A stretch of 64,000 nucleotides of DNA from an uncultured Coxiellaceae bacterium (lineage in GTDB: Bacteria > Pseudomonadota > Gammaproteobacteria > DSM-16500). A program made the position numbers and the translations under genes. Below the pieces are notes generated by a model. The model had not been told where the DNA came from, did not search any database, and saw only the letters and a program-made list of their open reading frames with translations. The stretch spans positions 6,402 through 70,401 of the forward strand of contig CAYZRM010000001.1 in NCBI GenBank assembly GCA_964480845.1, read 5' to 3'. This document shows positions 1 through 9,033 of the stretch, one piece after another (within the stretch, counting starts at the first letter, position 1; each line of letters starts with the position of its first letter).

Positions 1-2102
1 TTGCCATAGTCTTGCATAAATTCATGATATTCTGGCATATCATTTAGAACAGTTTTTGTTTCTTTTACTCGGCTAGTAATGCTGTTAGTCATCTCTTTTA
101 ATAGATGGCCTCCATCTGGTTTTGTATCGATATGACTTTTGGCTACTTCTTCAAAGAGGCTGGTGTCCATCAATATGAATTTTGTTAGTGTTTTAAATTT
201 ATGGAAGATAAAAATAGGATCAGTCGCTAGCTGGCTAAAGTTTTGATTATCTTCAGCTGTGAACTCATTTGCTTGCGAGGTTGAGCCTGCAACCATTTTT
301 GCTGTTGATCTTAAAGAGTCAGATTTTGTTGGCCAGAAATAGTAGCCATCTTCATAGACATGAGGTAAGTTCGCAATCGTTCTGCTTGAAAGTGCAAATG
401 AATTAACGCTTGGTTTACGTAAAGAGCTATTTAAGAAGTTTTCGTCTTGTAGCTTGTACGTATAAGCAACATCCCACATTTTCATATCTGGGTCGAGCAG
501 GTTGCCGTAAATGTCAAAATTACCACCATGTAGATCGTTTTCTTTTAACAGCATATTGATGACTAAGCACTCTGCTAAACCCTTTCTAATAGCATAGTTG
601 TCAATATCCTGGTGATCTAAACAGAGATTAGATTGTTCAGTGCTGACCCCTTGCGCCTTGACTTCTGTTTTGATTAACACGGGGAAAAATGCAGCAAGTA
701 CGGCACATGTTAATAACTTGTTACCGTCAACTAAGTTAGAAACGATGCCGTTATAAATGTGTTCAGCGAGTTTGCCAGAGTTTTTCGCGTGTTCTAAAAT
801 GCCTAGCAGATCCATGGTGCTGTTGGGTTGCTTGATTGAGTAGGTAGGCTTGCCATCGCTGTCAAAATGAATGGATAAGGTTGGCAGTTTTTTGTTTGCA
901 AGATCCTGCTTATTCAATGATTCACTAATAGCTGAGTTTAAAGAATGGTTTCTGCGATACTCTCTCAACTGCTGAACTAGTGTTTGTATATCCTGAATAT
1001 TTTTCTCTGTAATGGATGATAACTTTTCTTGGTCTAATTTGAACTTAGCTAGAAAGCCATGTTTATTAACGTCGTTAAGCTCAAGTTGTCTGTAGCTAAT
1101 CATGGCATGCAAAAGATGGCTGCCAATGTTATAAATTAAGTGGTCAGGGGGTGCTATTTTGTTGCATTGAGTATGGATGTTCTCAAGCTGTTCAATGATT
1201 GAAATAGGCATCTTTTTGCTTTGGTGCGCTTTAATAAGCTGGGTTTGATGCTCAATTTGAGTAATTAGATTCATTTCTGCTTGTGTTTCTTCAGGGGGTC
1301 TTTTGAGACTTTCTAAATACGTTTTTCTTTTTATGATCGCTAACTGAAGAGCCGTAACGCTTTCTTCAGTTAGTTTCTTGCCAAATAAATATTGGTTAAA
1401 TAAGCTAACTAGGCCTGATGATGTTTCAGAATAGTAGCTATTGTAAAAGTCAGCACTATAAGTGGTGACAGCGCTTACAGCAATGCTGATAGATCCCAAC
1501 CAAGAGCTTTGTGATGGCTTAGAGGTAGATGCTTGAGCATTGCGCTTTTCTTCATAGACCTTTTTAAGAGATGTTAAAAGCGTTAATAGCGTTGCTTGGT
1601 ATCCTAGTAGTTGCTGTTGTAGAATTTTAGGCAGTTCCAAATTTTCTTTACGTAGCCTTCGTTTTGCATAAGGTACGAAGGGGATTTTTTCCATCATAAT
1701 CCCAGCATATTGGTAGCAGTTGTCTTGGTTAACGATACTGACAGCTTTGGGAGACTTGTGTGGCGCAATAAGGCGCACAAAGTCAAAATTACATGCTTCA
1801 ATTTCAGCCATTCTTTTGCTTTTATGCTCTTTAAATAAGAATGGTTTTTGTTTGGTGGAGTGGCTTTTTTTGTATTCTGATATGGGATGCGTACCGCCTA
1901 CTTGCGTTTTCGTTGACTGTACACTGTATTGGCCAAGATACTTAGTCATTAAAGGCAATTCGGGAGGTGTTGCTTGAACCATCTGGAATTGGGTGCTTTG
2001 CTCAAGGCCACTCATAGCGATTGAGTTGGTTGCAGAAAAAGAGACACCTTGATCTTGGGGATCAGATGATGAACTTGTGTTGCTTGGTCTGCTGACTGCC
2101 AT
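1..2102 (-). CDS. Large hypothetical protein, N-terminal ~700 aa only (the ORF runs off the left edge). Candidate secreted effector with a kinase-like catalytic-loop motif.
   Basis: I spot-checked the translation by hand on the minus strand at two places: 1921..2102 from the ATG at 2102..2100 (MAVSRPSNTSSSSDPQDQGVSFSATNSIAMSGLEQ...) and 481..560. No stop was seen. A quick read of the rest also stayed open to position 1. The ORF is missing from the track, presumably because it has no stop in the window. No family recognised. The N-terminus is Ser-rich. Motif ENDLHGGNFDIYGNLLDPD lies at ~492..539. Confidence 0.6.
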   Translation of the reverse strand, partial: MAVSRPSNTSSSSDPQDQGVSFSATNSIAMSGLEQSTQFQMVQATPPELPLMTKYLGQYSVQSTKTQVGGTHPISEYKKSHSTKQKPFLFKEHKSKRMAEIEACNFDFVRLIAPHKSPKAVSIVNQDNCYQYAGIMMEKIPFVPYAKRRLRKENLELPKILQQQLLGYQATLLTLLTSLKKVYEEKRNAQASTSKPSQSSWLGSISIAVSAVTTYSADFYNSYYSETSSGLVSLFNQYLFGKKLTEESVTALQLAIIKRKTYLESLKRPPEETQAEMNLITQIEHQTQLIKAHQSKKMPISIIEQLENIHTQCNKIAPPDHLIYNIGSHLLHAMISYRQLELNDVNKHGFLAKFKLDQEKLSSITEKNIQDIQTLVQQLREYRRNHSLNSAISESLNKQDLANKKLPTLSIHFDSDGKPTYSIKQPNSTMDLLGILEHAKNSGKLAEHIYNGIVSNLVDGNKLLTCAVLAAFFPVLIKTEVKAQGVSTEQSNLCLDHQDIDNYAIRKGLAECLVINMLLKENDLHGGNFDIYGNLLDPDMKMWDVAYTYKLQDENFLNSSLRKPSVNSFALSSRTIANLPHVYEDGYYFWPTKSDSLRSTAKMVAGSTSQANEFTAEDNQNFSQLATDPIFIFHKFKTLTKFILMDTSLFEEVAKSHIDTKPDGGHLLKEMTNSITSRVKETKTVLNDMPEYHEFMQDYG

Positions 2103-2179
2103 TAGTCTGCCTCAATAGGATTCTTTTTTTACATTACCAAGAATTTATTAAGAGAGTATTATGAAAAGCTATATATTCT

Positions 2180-2713
2180 TTATTTAAGAGGAATATAGGG
2201 CGTTAACAGATAAATGGCTTGTATTGTGCCAGCAGCAAAAAAACCAGCAACAACATCATCTAAAATCATACCAAATCCACCATGAACTTTCTCATCAATC
2301 AGGCTAATTGGCCAAGGTTTCCAGATATCAAATAGACGAAAGAGGGCAAAACCTAAGAGAACCCATACCCAACCATTGGGGGCGCCTATCATGGTAACAA
2401 AAAAACCCGCAAATTCATCAATACACATGCCGGGGTGATCATGCTCTTTGAGTTCTTTGCTAACGATATCAGATATCCAAGAGGTTATTGCAATGAAAAT
2501 TAACACAAAAATAATATAAGCAAGTGGTGATAAGAAATAAGCTAATAAAAGATAGAAGGGGATGGCCATCAAGGTACCAAATGTACCTGGTGCAAAAGGG
2601 GCTAGTCCACTGCCTAAGCCAAACGCGACAAAATAAAGTGGGTTGGTCCACACCTTGGCGGGAATGGGTGGGATGGGTTTGGTAGATCTTGGTAAGTGGC
2701 TAAAAAACGACAT
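2180..2713 (-). CDS. pgpA: Phosphatidylglycerophosphatase A
   Basis: 177 aa, collinear with the remembered E. coli PgpA: FGLGSGLAPFAPGTFGTL, HDHPGMCIDEF, FDIWKPWPI, VHGGFGMILDDVVAG. Confidence 0.85.
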   Translation of the reverse strand: MSFFSHLPRSTKPIPPIPAKVWTNPLYFVAFGLGSGLAPFAPGTFGTLMAIPFYLLLAYFLSPLAYIIFVLIFIAITSWISDIVSKELKEHDHPGMCIDEFAGFFVTMIGAPNGWVWVLLGFALFRLFDIWKPWPISLIDEKVHGGFGMILDDVVAGFFAAGTIQAIYLLTPYIPLK

Positions 2714-2763
2714 GATAATTCCCTGTTTAATGATGCCCAGACAGCCTTGTCTGGGCTAGATGG

Positions 2764-3243
2764 TTATTTGTTAGTATGATTTTCTATTGGACGATTTTTT
2801 TTGGCTATTTTATCTAATAGGCCGTTAACAAACTTATATCCTTCAACCGAGCCAAACAGTTTGGTCAACTCTAGTGCTTCATTGATAATGACGCGATATG
2901 GAACATCCGGGCGTTTGGTTAATTCATAAGTCGCAATGCGTAATATAGAGATTTCAACAGGGTCTATATCGCTCATGCTTCTATTCAAGAATGGCTTCAT
3001 TTCCGCATCTAACTCTGTCACATTGGTTGGTATGCCGTGCACTAATTCTTTGAAGTACGCTAAATCTATCTTTTTTTCAATATGATAGCGTAGGAATTCA
3101 TTCTCAATGTCCATGATAGGATGGCCAGTTAGATGCCATTGGTACATTGCTTGTACAGCATAACGGCGGGCATTATGTCTAGCAGCAGGTTTAACGGCAC
3201 TATCATTTTCAGTTGTCGGTTGTGGTTTCGGTTCGTTTTGCAT
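2764..3243 (-). CDS. nusB: Transcription antitermination factor NusB
   Basis: 159 aa. NusB signature [12 protein letters not shown]..., ...[12 protein letters not shown]..., [17 protein letters not shown]. The conserved nusB-pgpA neighbourhood is present. Confidence 0.9.
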   Translation of the reverse strand: MQNEPKPQPTTENDSAVKPAARHNARRYAVQAMYQWHLTGHPIMDIENEFLRYHIEKKIDLAYFKELVHGIPTNVTELDAEMKPFLNRSMSDIDPVEISILRIATYELTKRPDVPYRVIINEALELTKLFGSVEGYKFVNGLLDKIAKKNRPIENHTNK

Positions 3244-3691
3244 GTTTATTTAGTCTACTTATTTCTCTTTGAAACTCATCAATATTTTGAAAACAACGAT
3301 AAACAGACGCAAATCTAATGTAGGCAACCTGATCGAGCTCGTGGAGTTCTTCCATCACCCATTCACCAATTTGGGGTGAGGGTACTTCTCGTTCAGTGCA
3401 AGTCATTGCTTTTCTTAGAATGCGGGCAAGCGCTGTTTCGACCTTTTCAACACTTACAGGGCGTTTTTCCAAGGCTCTTAGGATCCCAGCACGCAATTTA
3501 TCTTCGCTAAATGGCACACGGCGACCGTCTCGTTTTATCACTCTGGGCAGCGAAAACTCGGCTGTCTCATAGGTGGTAAAACGCTCTTTACAATCAGGAC
3601 ATTCGCGCCTACGTCGCGTTTGATTGCCTTCACGGATAAGCCGTGAATCAATCACTTTTGTGTCACTTGCATTGCAAAATGGGCAGTACAT
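3209..3691 (-). CDS. nrdR: Transcriptional repressor NrdR (zinc ribbon + ATP-cone)
   Basis: 160 aa. N-terminal zinc ribbon [17 protein letters not shown]...[12 protein letters not shown] followed by an ATP-cone. The 3' end overlaps the annotated nusB start by 35 nt. Confidence 0.93.
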   Translation of the reverse strand: MYCPFCNASDTKVIDSRLIREGNQTRRRRECPDCKERFTTYETAEFSLPRVIKRDGRRVPFSEDKLRAGILRALEKRPVSVEKVETALARILRKAMTCTEREVPSPQIGEWVMEELHELDQVAYIRFASVYRCFQNIDEFQREISRLNKHAKRTETTTDN

Positions 3692-3768
3692 AGCTTTGGG
3701 TCTACCAAACTCTTTCGTGGCTAAAGTTTATCCGAAATTAGGTGGAAATAGAAGGAAATAATCAATGG

Positions 3769-3897
3769 GCGACTGCTATCCCCGCTAACTATCGTCCCGC
3801 AGCTTGTCCGCGGGATCCAGGCAGGCAATGCCAAGCTGGATCCCCCGCCTTTGCGGGGGACGACGAGATTGACGGGAATTCCTGGGGATAGCGACAG
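3769..3897. repeat. GC-rich nested inverted-repeat element (REP/MITE-like or structured RNA) in the nrdR-ispA intergenic region
   Basis: Outer arms: gctatcccc (3775..3783) pairs with ggggatagc (3885..3893). Inner stems: gcgggatccag (3810..3820) with ctggatccc-c-cgc (3836..3848), and ccccgc-cttt-gcgggg (3843..3858). The element is strikingly GC-rich against AT-rich flanks. Confidence 0.5.
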
Positions 3898-3911
3898 ATT
3901 AAGCATGATTT

Positions 3912-4793
3912 TTAATGGTTTCTATGCAGCATTTTTTCCGCTAATGTTCGCAATTCCTTTGCTTTTTCACCTAGATACGCGATTGCCTCTAACCCTTCTT
4001 GATATAAGGCGTCTACTTGAGCTTTTGCTTGTGCTAATCCTAGCATGGCTGGGTAGGTTTTCTTATTGTTTACCACATCAATATTTTGTGGTTTGCCTAG
4101 TTGGTCACTGGTGGCTTCAATGTCCAAAATATCATCTTGAATCTGGAAGGCCAATCCTATGCAATCACCGAATACTTTTAGTGCTAGTTTATGTTTAGGA
4201 TCACTATTATTTCCTGCTAAACGCCCCAACTCAACGCAAGCGGATAGTAAGGCACCTGTTTTTAAGTTGTATATTTCTAATAGCTGAGGAATGCTTAGCT
4301 GTTCACTTTGCATGAGTGTAATATCCATCGCTTGTCCTGCGGCCATGCCAAATGGGCCACAGGCTTCGCTTAATACTTTCATCATTTCAATACGTTTCTC
4401 TGCGGATAAAGGGGCGGGGTGGCTACTCAGGATTTGCATCGATAGCGTATGCAGGGCATCGCCTGTTAAAACAGCCATGCCATCGTTATAAACAATATGG
4501 CAGGTAGGTTTGCCACGGCGTAAATCGGCATTGTCCATACAAGGCAAATCATCATGGATAAGCGAATAAGTATGAATTAATTCAACTGCTGTTGCCGGTA
4601 TATCTAAATTTTCTAATGGCGCATCAAAAATGGCGCCTGTTGCATAAATTAATGCGGGACGTAATTGTTTGCCGCCATTCGATAAAGAATAGGTCATGGC
4701 TTCCTTCAGAAGAGAAGAAGGGGTATTTTCTAAATACCGAGCAACTGTTTGCTCAATGCGTTTATTAATCATCACTATTGTTTTCCATCTCAT
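3912..4793 (-). CDS. ispA: Farnesyl diphosphate synthase (geranyltranstransferase)
   Basis: Both Asp-rich motifs are present: LIHDDLPCMDNADLRRGKPT and FQIQDDILD. It follows xseB as in the classic xseB-ispA operon. The true start may be the ATG at 4772 (MINKRIEQ...), which overlaps the xseB stop region. Confidence 0.9.
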   Translation of the reverse strand: MRWKTIVMINKRIEQTVARYLENTPSSLLKEAMTYSLSNGGKQLRPALIYATGAIFDAPLENLDIPATAVELIHTYSLIHDDLPCMDNADLRRGKPTCHIVYNDGMAVLTGDALHTLSMQILSSHPAPLSAEKRIEMMKVLSEACGPFGMAAGQAMDITLMQSEQLSIPQLLEIYNLKTGALLSACVELGRLAGNNSDPKHKLALKVFGDCIGLAFQIQDDILDIEATSDQLGKPQNIDVVNNKKTYPAMLGLAQAKAQVDALYQEGLEAIAYLGEKAKELRTLAEKMLHRNH

Positions 4794-5031
4794 CTTGGAT
4801 GTTGTCGTAATCGGCTAGCGTTTCTTGGTTGTTTTGTTGGATGAGTATTTGTACCTTTTGTTCGGCATCGCTCAATATTTTTTGGCAATGCTTGATAAGG
4901 GTAATGCCACGCTCAAAATCGGCCAGAGAAGCTTCGAGGCTTTGCTCGCCATGCTCCATTTTATCAATGAGCTGGGTGATGTCTGATAATGATTCTTCCA
5001 GGCCTGGCAGTTTGGTTGATTTCTTAGTCAT
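4765..5031 (-). CDS. xseB: Exodeoxyribonuclease VII small subunit
   Basis: 88 aa. XseB pattern LEESL..I..LI.KMEHGEQSLEASLADFERGI.L...CQ..L..AEQKVQIL. Located upstream of ispA. Confidence 0.9.
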   Translation of the reverse strand: MTKKSTKLPGLEESLSDITQLIDKMEHGEQSLEASLADFERGITLIKHCQKILSDAEQKVQILIQQNNQETLADYDNIQDEMENNSDD

Positions 5032-5095
5032 GAGATGGGCTCCTTTGTCGGAGCAAAAAGGTAACGCAAAATCTAGGGGGATGCAATCTTAAGAA

Positions 5096-5115
5096 ATGCC
5101 GGCCGAGGCCGGCAT
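5096..5115 (-). terminator. Hairpin terminator downstream of the isocitrate dehydrogenase gene
   Basis: Perfect GC-rich palindrome atgccggcc-ga-ggccggcat, 16 nt after the stop at 5131. On the minus strand it is followed by TTCTTAA. Confidence 0.55.
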
Positions 5116-5130
5116 ATTGGGGTTGGTGGC

Positions 5131-6594
5131 TTACTGGCCAGCAGCGAGCGTGAAACCCAGTTGGCCATCGAAGGTATACAGATTTTCCGTTTTAATCACA
5201 TCTAGGCCAAATTCATTGAGTTCATCTAGTAATCTGATGATGTCGTTATATTCTATTGCAGTTAATGCTTGCACATCATTGTTCGATTGGAAGCGGCAGC
5301 AGCAATGACGTAAATAGGGCTCGTCTATTGTGCTATTAGGCCAGATTTTTAAGCCTTTGCTATTAATCGTGATGAGTTTTAGTTTGCTTTCGATTTGAGA
5401 TAGCTTATCTGCTAATTGTTCAGCAGGTATGCTGCTACCATTGTCGAGGAAGATATCAACACCGACTAATTCTTTTTTGGCAACGGTTACTTTTTTGTCT
5501 GCTTTGCATTCTATTTTACGATCAGCACCAGGTTGGTAGTTGGCAGGTTTGAAATGCTCAGGCTGTTGACCTAGGCGTGCTATGACTGCTTTTGCAAATT
5601 CGTTGGTGCCAACTTTTTCTTTACTACGCTGAGGCGAGTAAATATCAGCTGTGTGTATGCCATCTTCTATGGTTTTTAACCACGCGTTTTCAATTAAGGT
5701 GGCAGTTTCTGGTTGGTTGATATGAACTAACATTTGAATGGCTGCATTTAATAGGCCGGATGGATTTGCGATATTTTTACCAGCGATATCAGGAGCAGAT
5801 CCATGGATGGCTTCAAACATAGCCACTTTTTTGCCTATGTTGGCAGAGCCTGCTAAACCGACAGAGCCTGCTACTTGTGCCGCAACGTCAGAAATGATAT
5901 CGCCGTATAAGTTAAGCGTGACAATCACATCAAATCGCTCAGGCTGTGAGGCTAATAGAGCGGTACCAATGTCAATAATCATATGGTCGCTGGTGATTTC
6001 TGGGTATTCAGCTGCAATTTCATTAAATACTTTATGGAATAAGCCATCAGTCATTTTCATAATATTGTCTTTCGACATGCAGGTGACTTTTTTGCGATTA
6101 AACTTTCTCGCATATTCAAAGGCATAACGAATAATCTGCTCGCAGCCTGGACGACTAACAATTTTTAAGCATTGGTAGACTTCGTCTGTTTGGCGGTGTT
6201 CAATCCCTGAATATAAGTCTTCTTCATTCTCGCGAACAATCACAAGATCTATGCTGGGGCAGCTAGTGGGTACATAAGGCGCATAGGAAACACAAGGGCG
6301 TACGTTAGCAAATAAGCCTAATGTTTTACGTAAGGTAACATTTAAGCTTTTGTAGCCGCCACCTTGAGGGGTGGTAATGGGACTTTTTAGTAGTACATTA
6401 GTGCGCTTGAGAGAAGCCCATGCTTCGTCAGGAATCCCAGTGGTATTGCCTTTTAAATATACTTTTTCACCAACATCAATCACTTCTGGCGCAATATTGG
6501 CACTTGCTGCGCTAAGTATATCTAAAGTGGCTTGCATAATTTCGGGACCGATGCCGTCACCGTAGGCAACCGTAATAGGTGTCTTAACTGACAT
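5131..6594 (-). CDS. icd: Isocitrate dehydrogenase, long form (~345-aa isocitrate/isopropylmalate dehydrogenase core plus ~140-aa C-terminal extension)
   Basis: 487 aa. N-terminus ITVAYGDGIGPEI. Substrate-loop motif GGYKSLNVTLRKTLGLFANVRP is typical of IDH rather than IPMDH. Also LYGDIISD and GSAPDIAGKNIANP. The extra C-terminal domain resembles the ~480-aa Rickettsia/alphaproteobacterial IDH class (from memory). Confidence 0.75.
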   Translation of the reverse strand: MSVKTPITVAYGDGIGPEIMQATLDILSAASANIAPEVIDVGEKVYLKGNTTGIPDEAWASLKRTNVLLKSPITTPQGGGYKSLNVTLRKTLGLFANVRPCVSYAPYVPTSCPSIDLVIVRENEEDLYSGIEHRQTDEVYQCLKIVSRPGCEQIIRYAFEYARKFNRKKVTCMSKDNIMKMTDGLFHKVFNEIAAEYPEITSDHMIIDIGTALLASQPERFDVIVTLNLYGDIISDVAAQVAGSVGLAGSANIGKKVAMFEAIHGSAPDIAGKNIANPSGLLNAAIQMLVHINQPETATLIENAWLKTIEDGIHTADIYSPQRSKEKVGTNEFAKAVIARLGQQPEHFKPANYQPGADRKIECKADKKVTVAKKELVGVDIFLDNGSSIPAEQLADKLSQIESKLKLITINSKGLKIWPNSTIDEPYLRHCCCRFQSNNDVQALTAIEYNDIIRLLDELNEFGLDVIKTENLYTFDGQLGFTLAAGQ

Positions 6595-6642
6595 GTAAGT
6601 TCTCCTCTCGCATGAATGATTATTATACCTGAAGCTGGTTTT

Positions 6643-7992
6643 TTATTGTACTAGGCCGGCAATCACTTTTTCCATTTGCATAGAGCGTGAACCTTTCACT
6701 AACACAGTGGTTGTATTATGTAGTAGTGGCTGTAGAGCCGTCACTAACTTTTCTTGTTCGGCAAAGTGAAAAGCATTTTCACCAAAGGATAGTGATGCAT
6801 TTTTGCTCAAATCTCCATAGGTGAATAGGAAATCAATTCCTGCTTCACGGATTTTTTCACCGGCTTTAGTGTGTAAAACATCAGCTTCATCACCTAGTTC
6901 GCGCATGTCACCTAGCACTAAAATCTTTTTTCCTGCAAAGGTTGCTAAGGTATCCACTGCTGCTTGTAATGAGAAAGGATTAGCATTGTAAGTGTCATCA
7001 ATCACATTCACGCCATTAGCTAGTGTGTGTAGCTGTAAGCGGCCTGGGGCTGGATGGGCATTTTCTAAGCCAGCTTTGATGTTTGCTAATGGGATATCAA
7101 TGGCGAGAGTTGCTGCAACGGCAGCTAATGCGTTTAATACATTATGTCTTCCTAGCAGGGGGAGGTTGACTTGAGTATTGCCCTTGGGGGTGTGGATAGT
7201 AATTGTTTGGGAACGAATCGCTTCTTCAAGTTGCGCATGGATGTCAGCATCTGGGTGGAAGCCAAAGGTAAGGTAGCGGTGATTGCCAACTTGTTCTCGC
7301 CAGAAAATATAGAAGGCATCATCTCTGTTAATAATGCCTATACCTTCTGCATCTAGGCCTTGGAATATTTCAGATTTTGCTTTGGCGACACCTGCAACGG
7401 TGCCAACACCTTCTAAATGAGCTGCGGCAGCATTAGTAATAATAGCCACTCGTGGTCTAGCAAGCTTTGTGAGATAAGCAATTTCACCAAAATGACTCAT
7501 TCCCATTTCAAGTACAGCATATTTATGGTCGGCATTTAAACGGCATAGTGTTAAGGGGAGGCCCAAATGGTTATTAAGATTTCCTTGGGTTGCTAATACC
7601 TCGTGATCATGTTGGCAGGCAGTGCGTAAAATACTAGCCATCATATTTTTTAAAGTGGTTTTTCCGTTACTACCGGTGACTGCCAAAAATGGAATATCAA
7701 ATTGATCTCGCCATGCTTGGCTAATTTTTCCTAAAGCTAACACGACATCTTCAACTACGATTTGTGGGATAGGGCAGTCAACTTGATGGTTAACTAATGC
7801 AGCAGCAGCGCCCTTCTCATAGGCTGTCTGTACAAAGTGATGGCCGTCAACGCGGCTGCCTGTGAGTGCAATAAATAAATTATTGGGCTGTATGGTGCGA
7901 GTATCAATGCTGACGCCTGCACAAGTGATGGATTCATTGCGGGCATTTATGCCTAAAATAGCAGAAATTTGTGCAATTGTTAGCGTTAGCAT
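6643..7992 (-). CDS. murF: UDP-N-acetylmuramoyl-tripeptide--D-alanyl-D-alanine ligase
   Basis: 449 aa Mur ligase. P-loop VTGSNGKTT, then NNHLGLPLTL, IITNAAAAHLEG, DDTYNANP. The length and motif order match MurF. Confidence 0.88.
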   Translation of the reverse strand: MLTLTIAQISAILGINARNESITCAGVSIDTRTIQPNNLFIALTGSRVDGHHFVQTAYEKGAAAALVNHQVDCPIPQIVVEDVVLALGKISQAWRDQFDIPFLAVTGSNGKTTLKNMMASILRTACQHDHEVLATQGNLNNHLGLPLTLCRLNADHKYAVLEMGMSHFGEIAYLTKLARPRVAIITNAAAAHLEGVGTVAGVAKAKSEIFQGLDAEGIGIINRDDAFYIFWREQVGNHRYLTFGFHPDADIHAQLEEAIRSQTITIHTPKGNTQVNLPLLGRHNVLNALAAVAATLAIDIPLANIKAGLENAHPAPGRLQLHTLANGVNVIDDTYNANPFSLQAAVDTLATFAGKKILVLGDMRELGDEADVLHTKAGEKIREAGIDFLFTYGDLSKNASLSFGENAFHFAEQEKLVTALQPLLHNTTTVLVKGSRSMQMEKVIAGLVQ

Positions 7993-8077
7993 GGATACAC
8001 CTTATTAGATTGAGATGCTGTATAATATCATCTAGTGATGAGTGATAAAATGCCTGTTGCAATCATAAGGATGTACC

Positions 8078-8986
8078 ATGAAGGGATTAAAAGTGGGTCA
8101 TCATACCCAGGTTGAACATAAGACTGGTGTGACCGTATTTTTGTTTGATCGTCCCGCAGTTGGTGCCTATACCCTGTGCGGTGCTGCACCCGCTTCACAC
8201 GAGTGGGGGGTGTTGGAATCTGAAGCTAGTGTGGATGTCTTACACGGTTTGGTATTGTCTGGCGGTAGTGCTTATGGTTTGTTTGCAACGCAAGGTGTTA
8301 TGCGTTTTTTACGTGAAGCGGGCATAGGATTGATGTTGCCACATGGCGTGGTACCAATAGTGCCCGCCGCAGCTATCTATGATTTAACATATGGACAAGC
8401 AGAACCACCGACAGCAGAAGATGCTTATCGAGCCTGTATTGATGCGCATGAAAATAACTATGCTTCTGGTGCAATAGGAGCAGGTGCAGGCGCAACGATA
8501 GGTAAAATTATTCCTGAGGCGCATAGTATGACCAGCGGCATTGGTCGAGCAGAAATGACCTTATCTAACGGGCTAGTTGTGTCAGCATATGCAGTAGTGA
8601 ATGCGGTAGGTGATGTGAGGGATGAAGGTAGTCATATTATTGCAGGCGCTGTAAATGATGCGGGTCAATTCTTGGATTGTGAAGCATTCCTATTATCAGG
8701 CAAGGGAGAGGCGCTTTTAATTAATCAGCACACTAATACAACATTAGTTGCTGTTTTTACCAATGCAGCATTAACACGGCCTGAATTAAAGCGCGTTAGT
8801 AAAATGGCGGTAGCGGGGATGGCAAAAGCTATTTCACCGGTGTTTACAGATTACGATGGTGATACGATATTTGCTGTATCAATAGGTGATATGCCCGCAA
8901 CGGTTTTATCCGTAGGTACGATAGCGACAGAGGTTGTTAGGCTGGCTATTTTAGATGCGGTTAAAGCAGCGGAAGTGATTAAATAA
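8078..8986 (+). CDS. P1/S58 family peptidase (DmpA/BapA-like aminopeptidase fold)
   Basis: 302 aa. N-terminus LKVGHHT....TGVTVFLFD, then LSGGSAYGL, and a putative nucleophile region HTNTTLVAVFTNA. Confidence 0.7.
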   Translation: MKGLKVGHHTQVEHKTGVTVFLFDRPAVGAYTLCGAAPASHEWGVLESEASVDVLHGLVLSGGSAYGLFATQGVMRFLREAGIGLMLPHGVVPIVPAAAIYDLTYGQAEPPTAEDAYRACIDAHENNYASGAIGAGAGATIGKIIPEAHSMTSGIGRAEMTLSNGLVVSAYAVVNAVGDVRDEGSHIIAGAVNDAGQFLDCEAFLLSGKGEALLINQHTNTTLVAVFTNAALTRPELKRVSKMAVAGMAKAISPVFTDYDGDTIFAVSIGDMPATVLSVGTIATEVVRLAILDAVKAAEVIK

Positions 8987-9033
8987 CCCTTTTGCTTGGC
9001 AGAGGGTGGTAGCTTCGTTCACGGAGAGAGTAG

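Noticed and set aside
1720-1977. 85-aa plus-strand ORF in the track
   Set aside because: It lies entirely antisense within the long open minus-strand frame (1..2102). It has no Shine-Dalgarno and its composition is odd.
3769-3897. RsmY/RsmZ-type CsrA-sequestering sRNA
   Set aside because: GGA triplets are present, but I could not place them convincingly in hairpin loops. There is no clear promoter or U-tract terminator, so I kept it only as a generic structured element.
3721-4198. ORFs 3721..3906 (-) and 3851..4198 (+)
   Set aside because: Both are generated by the GC-rich palindromic element, and the plus-strand one also runs antisense to ispA. Their peptides are low-complexity and Pro/Gly/Arg-rich, as expected from reading through a GC hairpin.
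5738-6127. 129-aa plus-strand ORF
   Set aside because: It is antisense within the isocitrate dehydrogenase gene, a typical shadow ORF.
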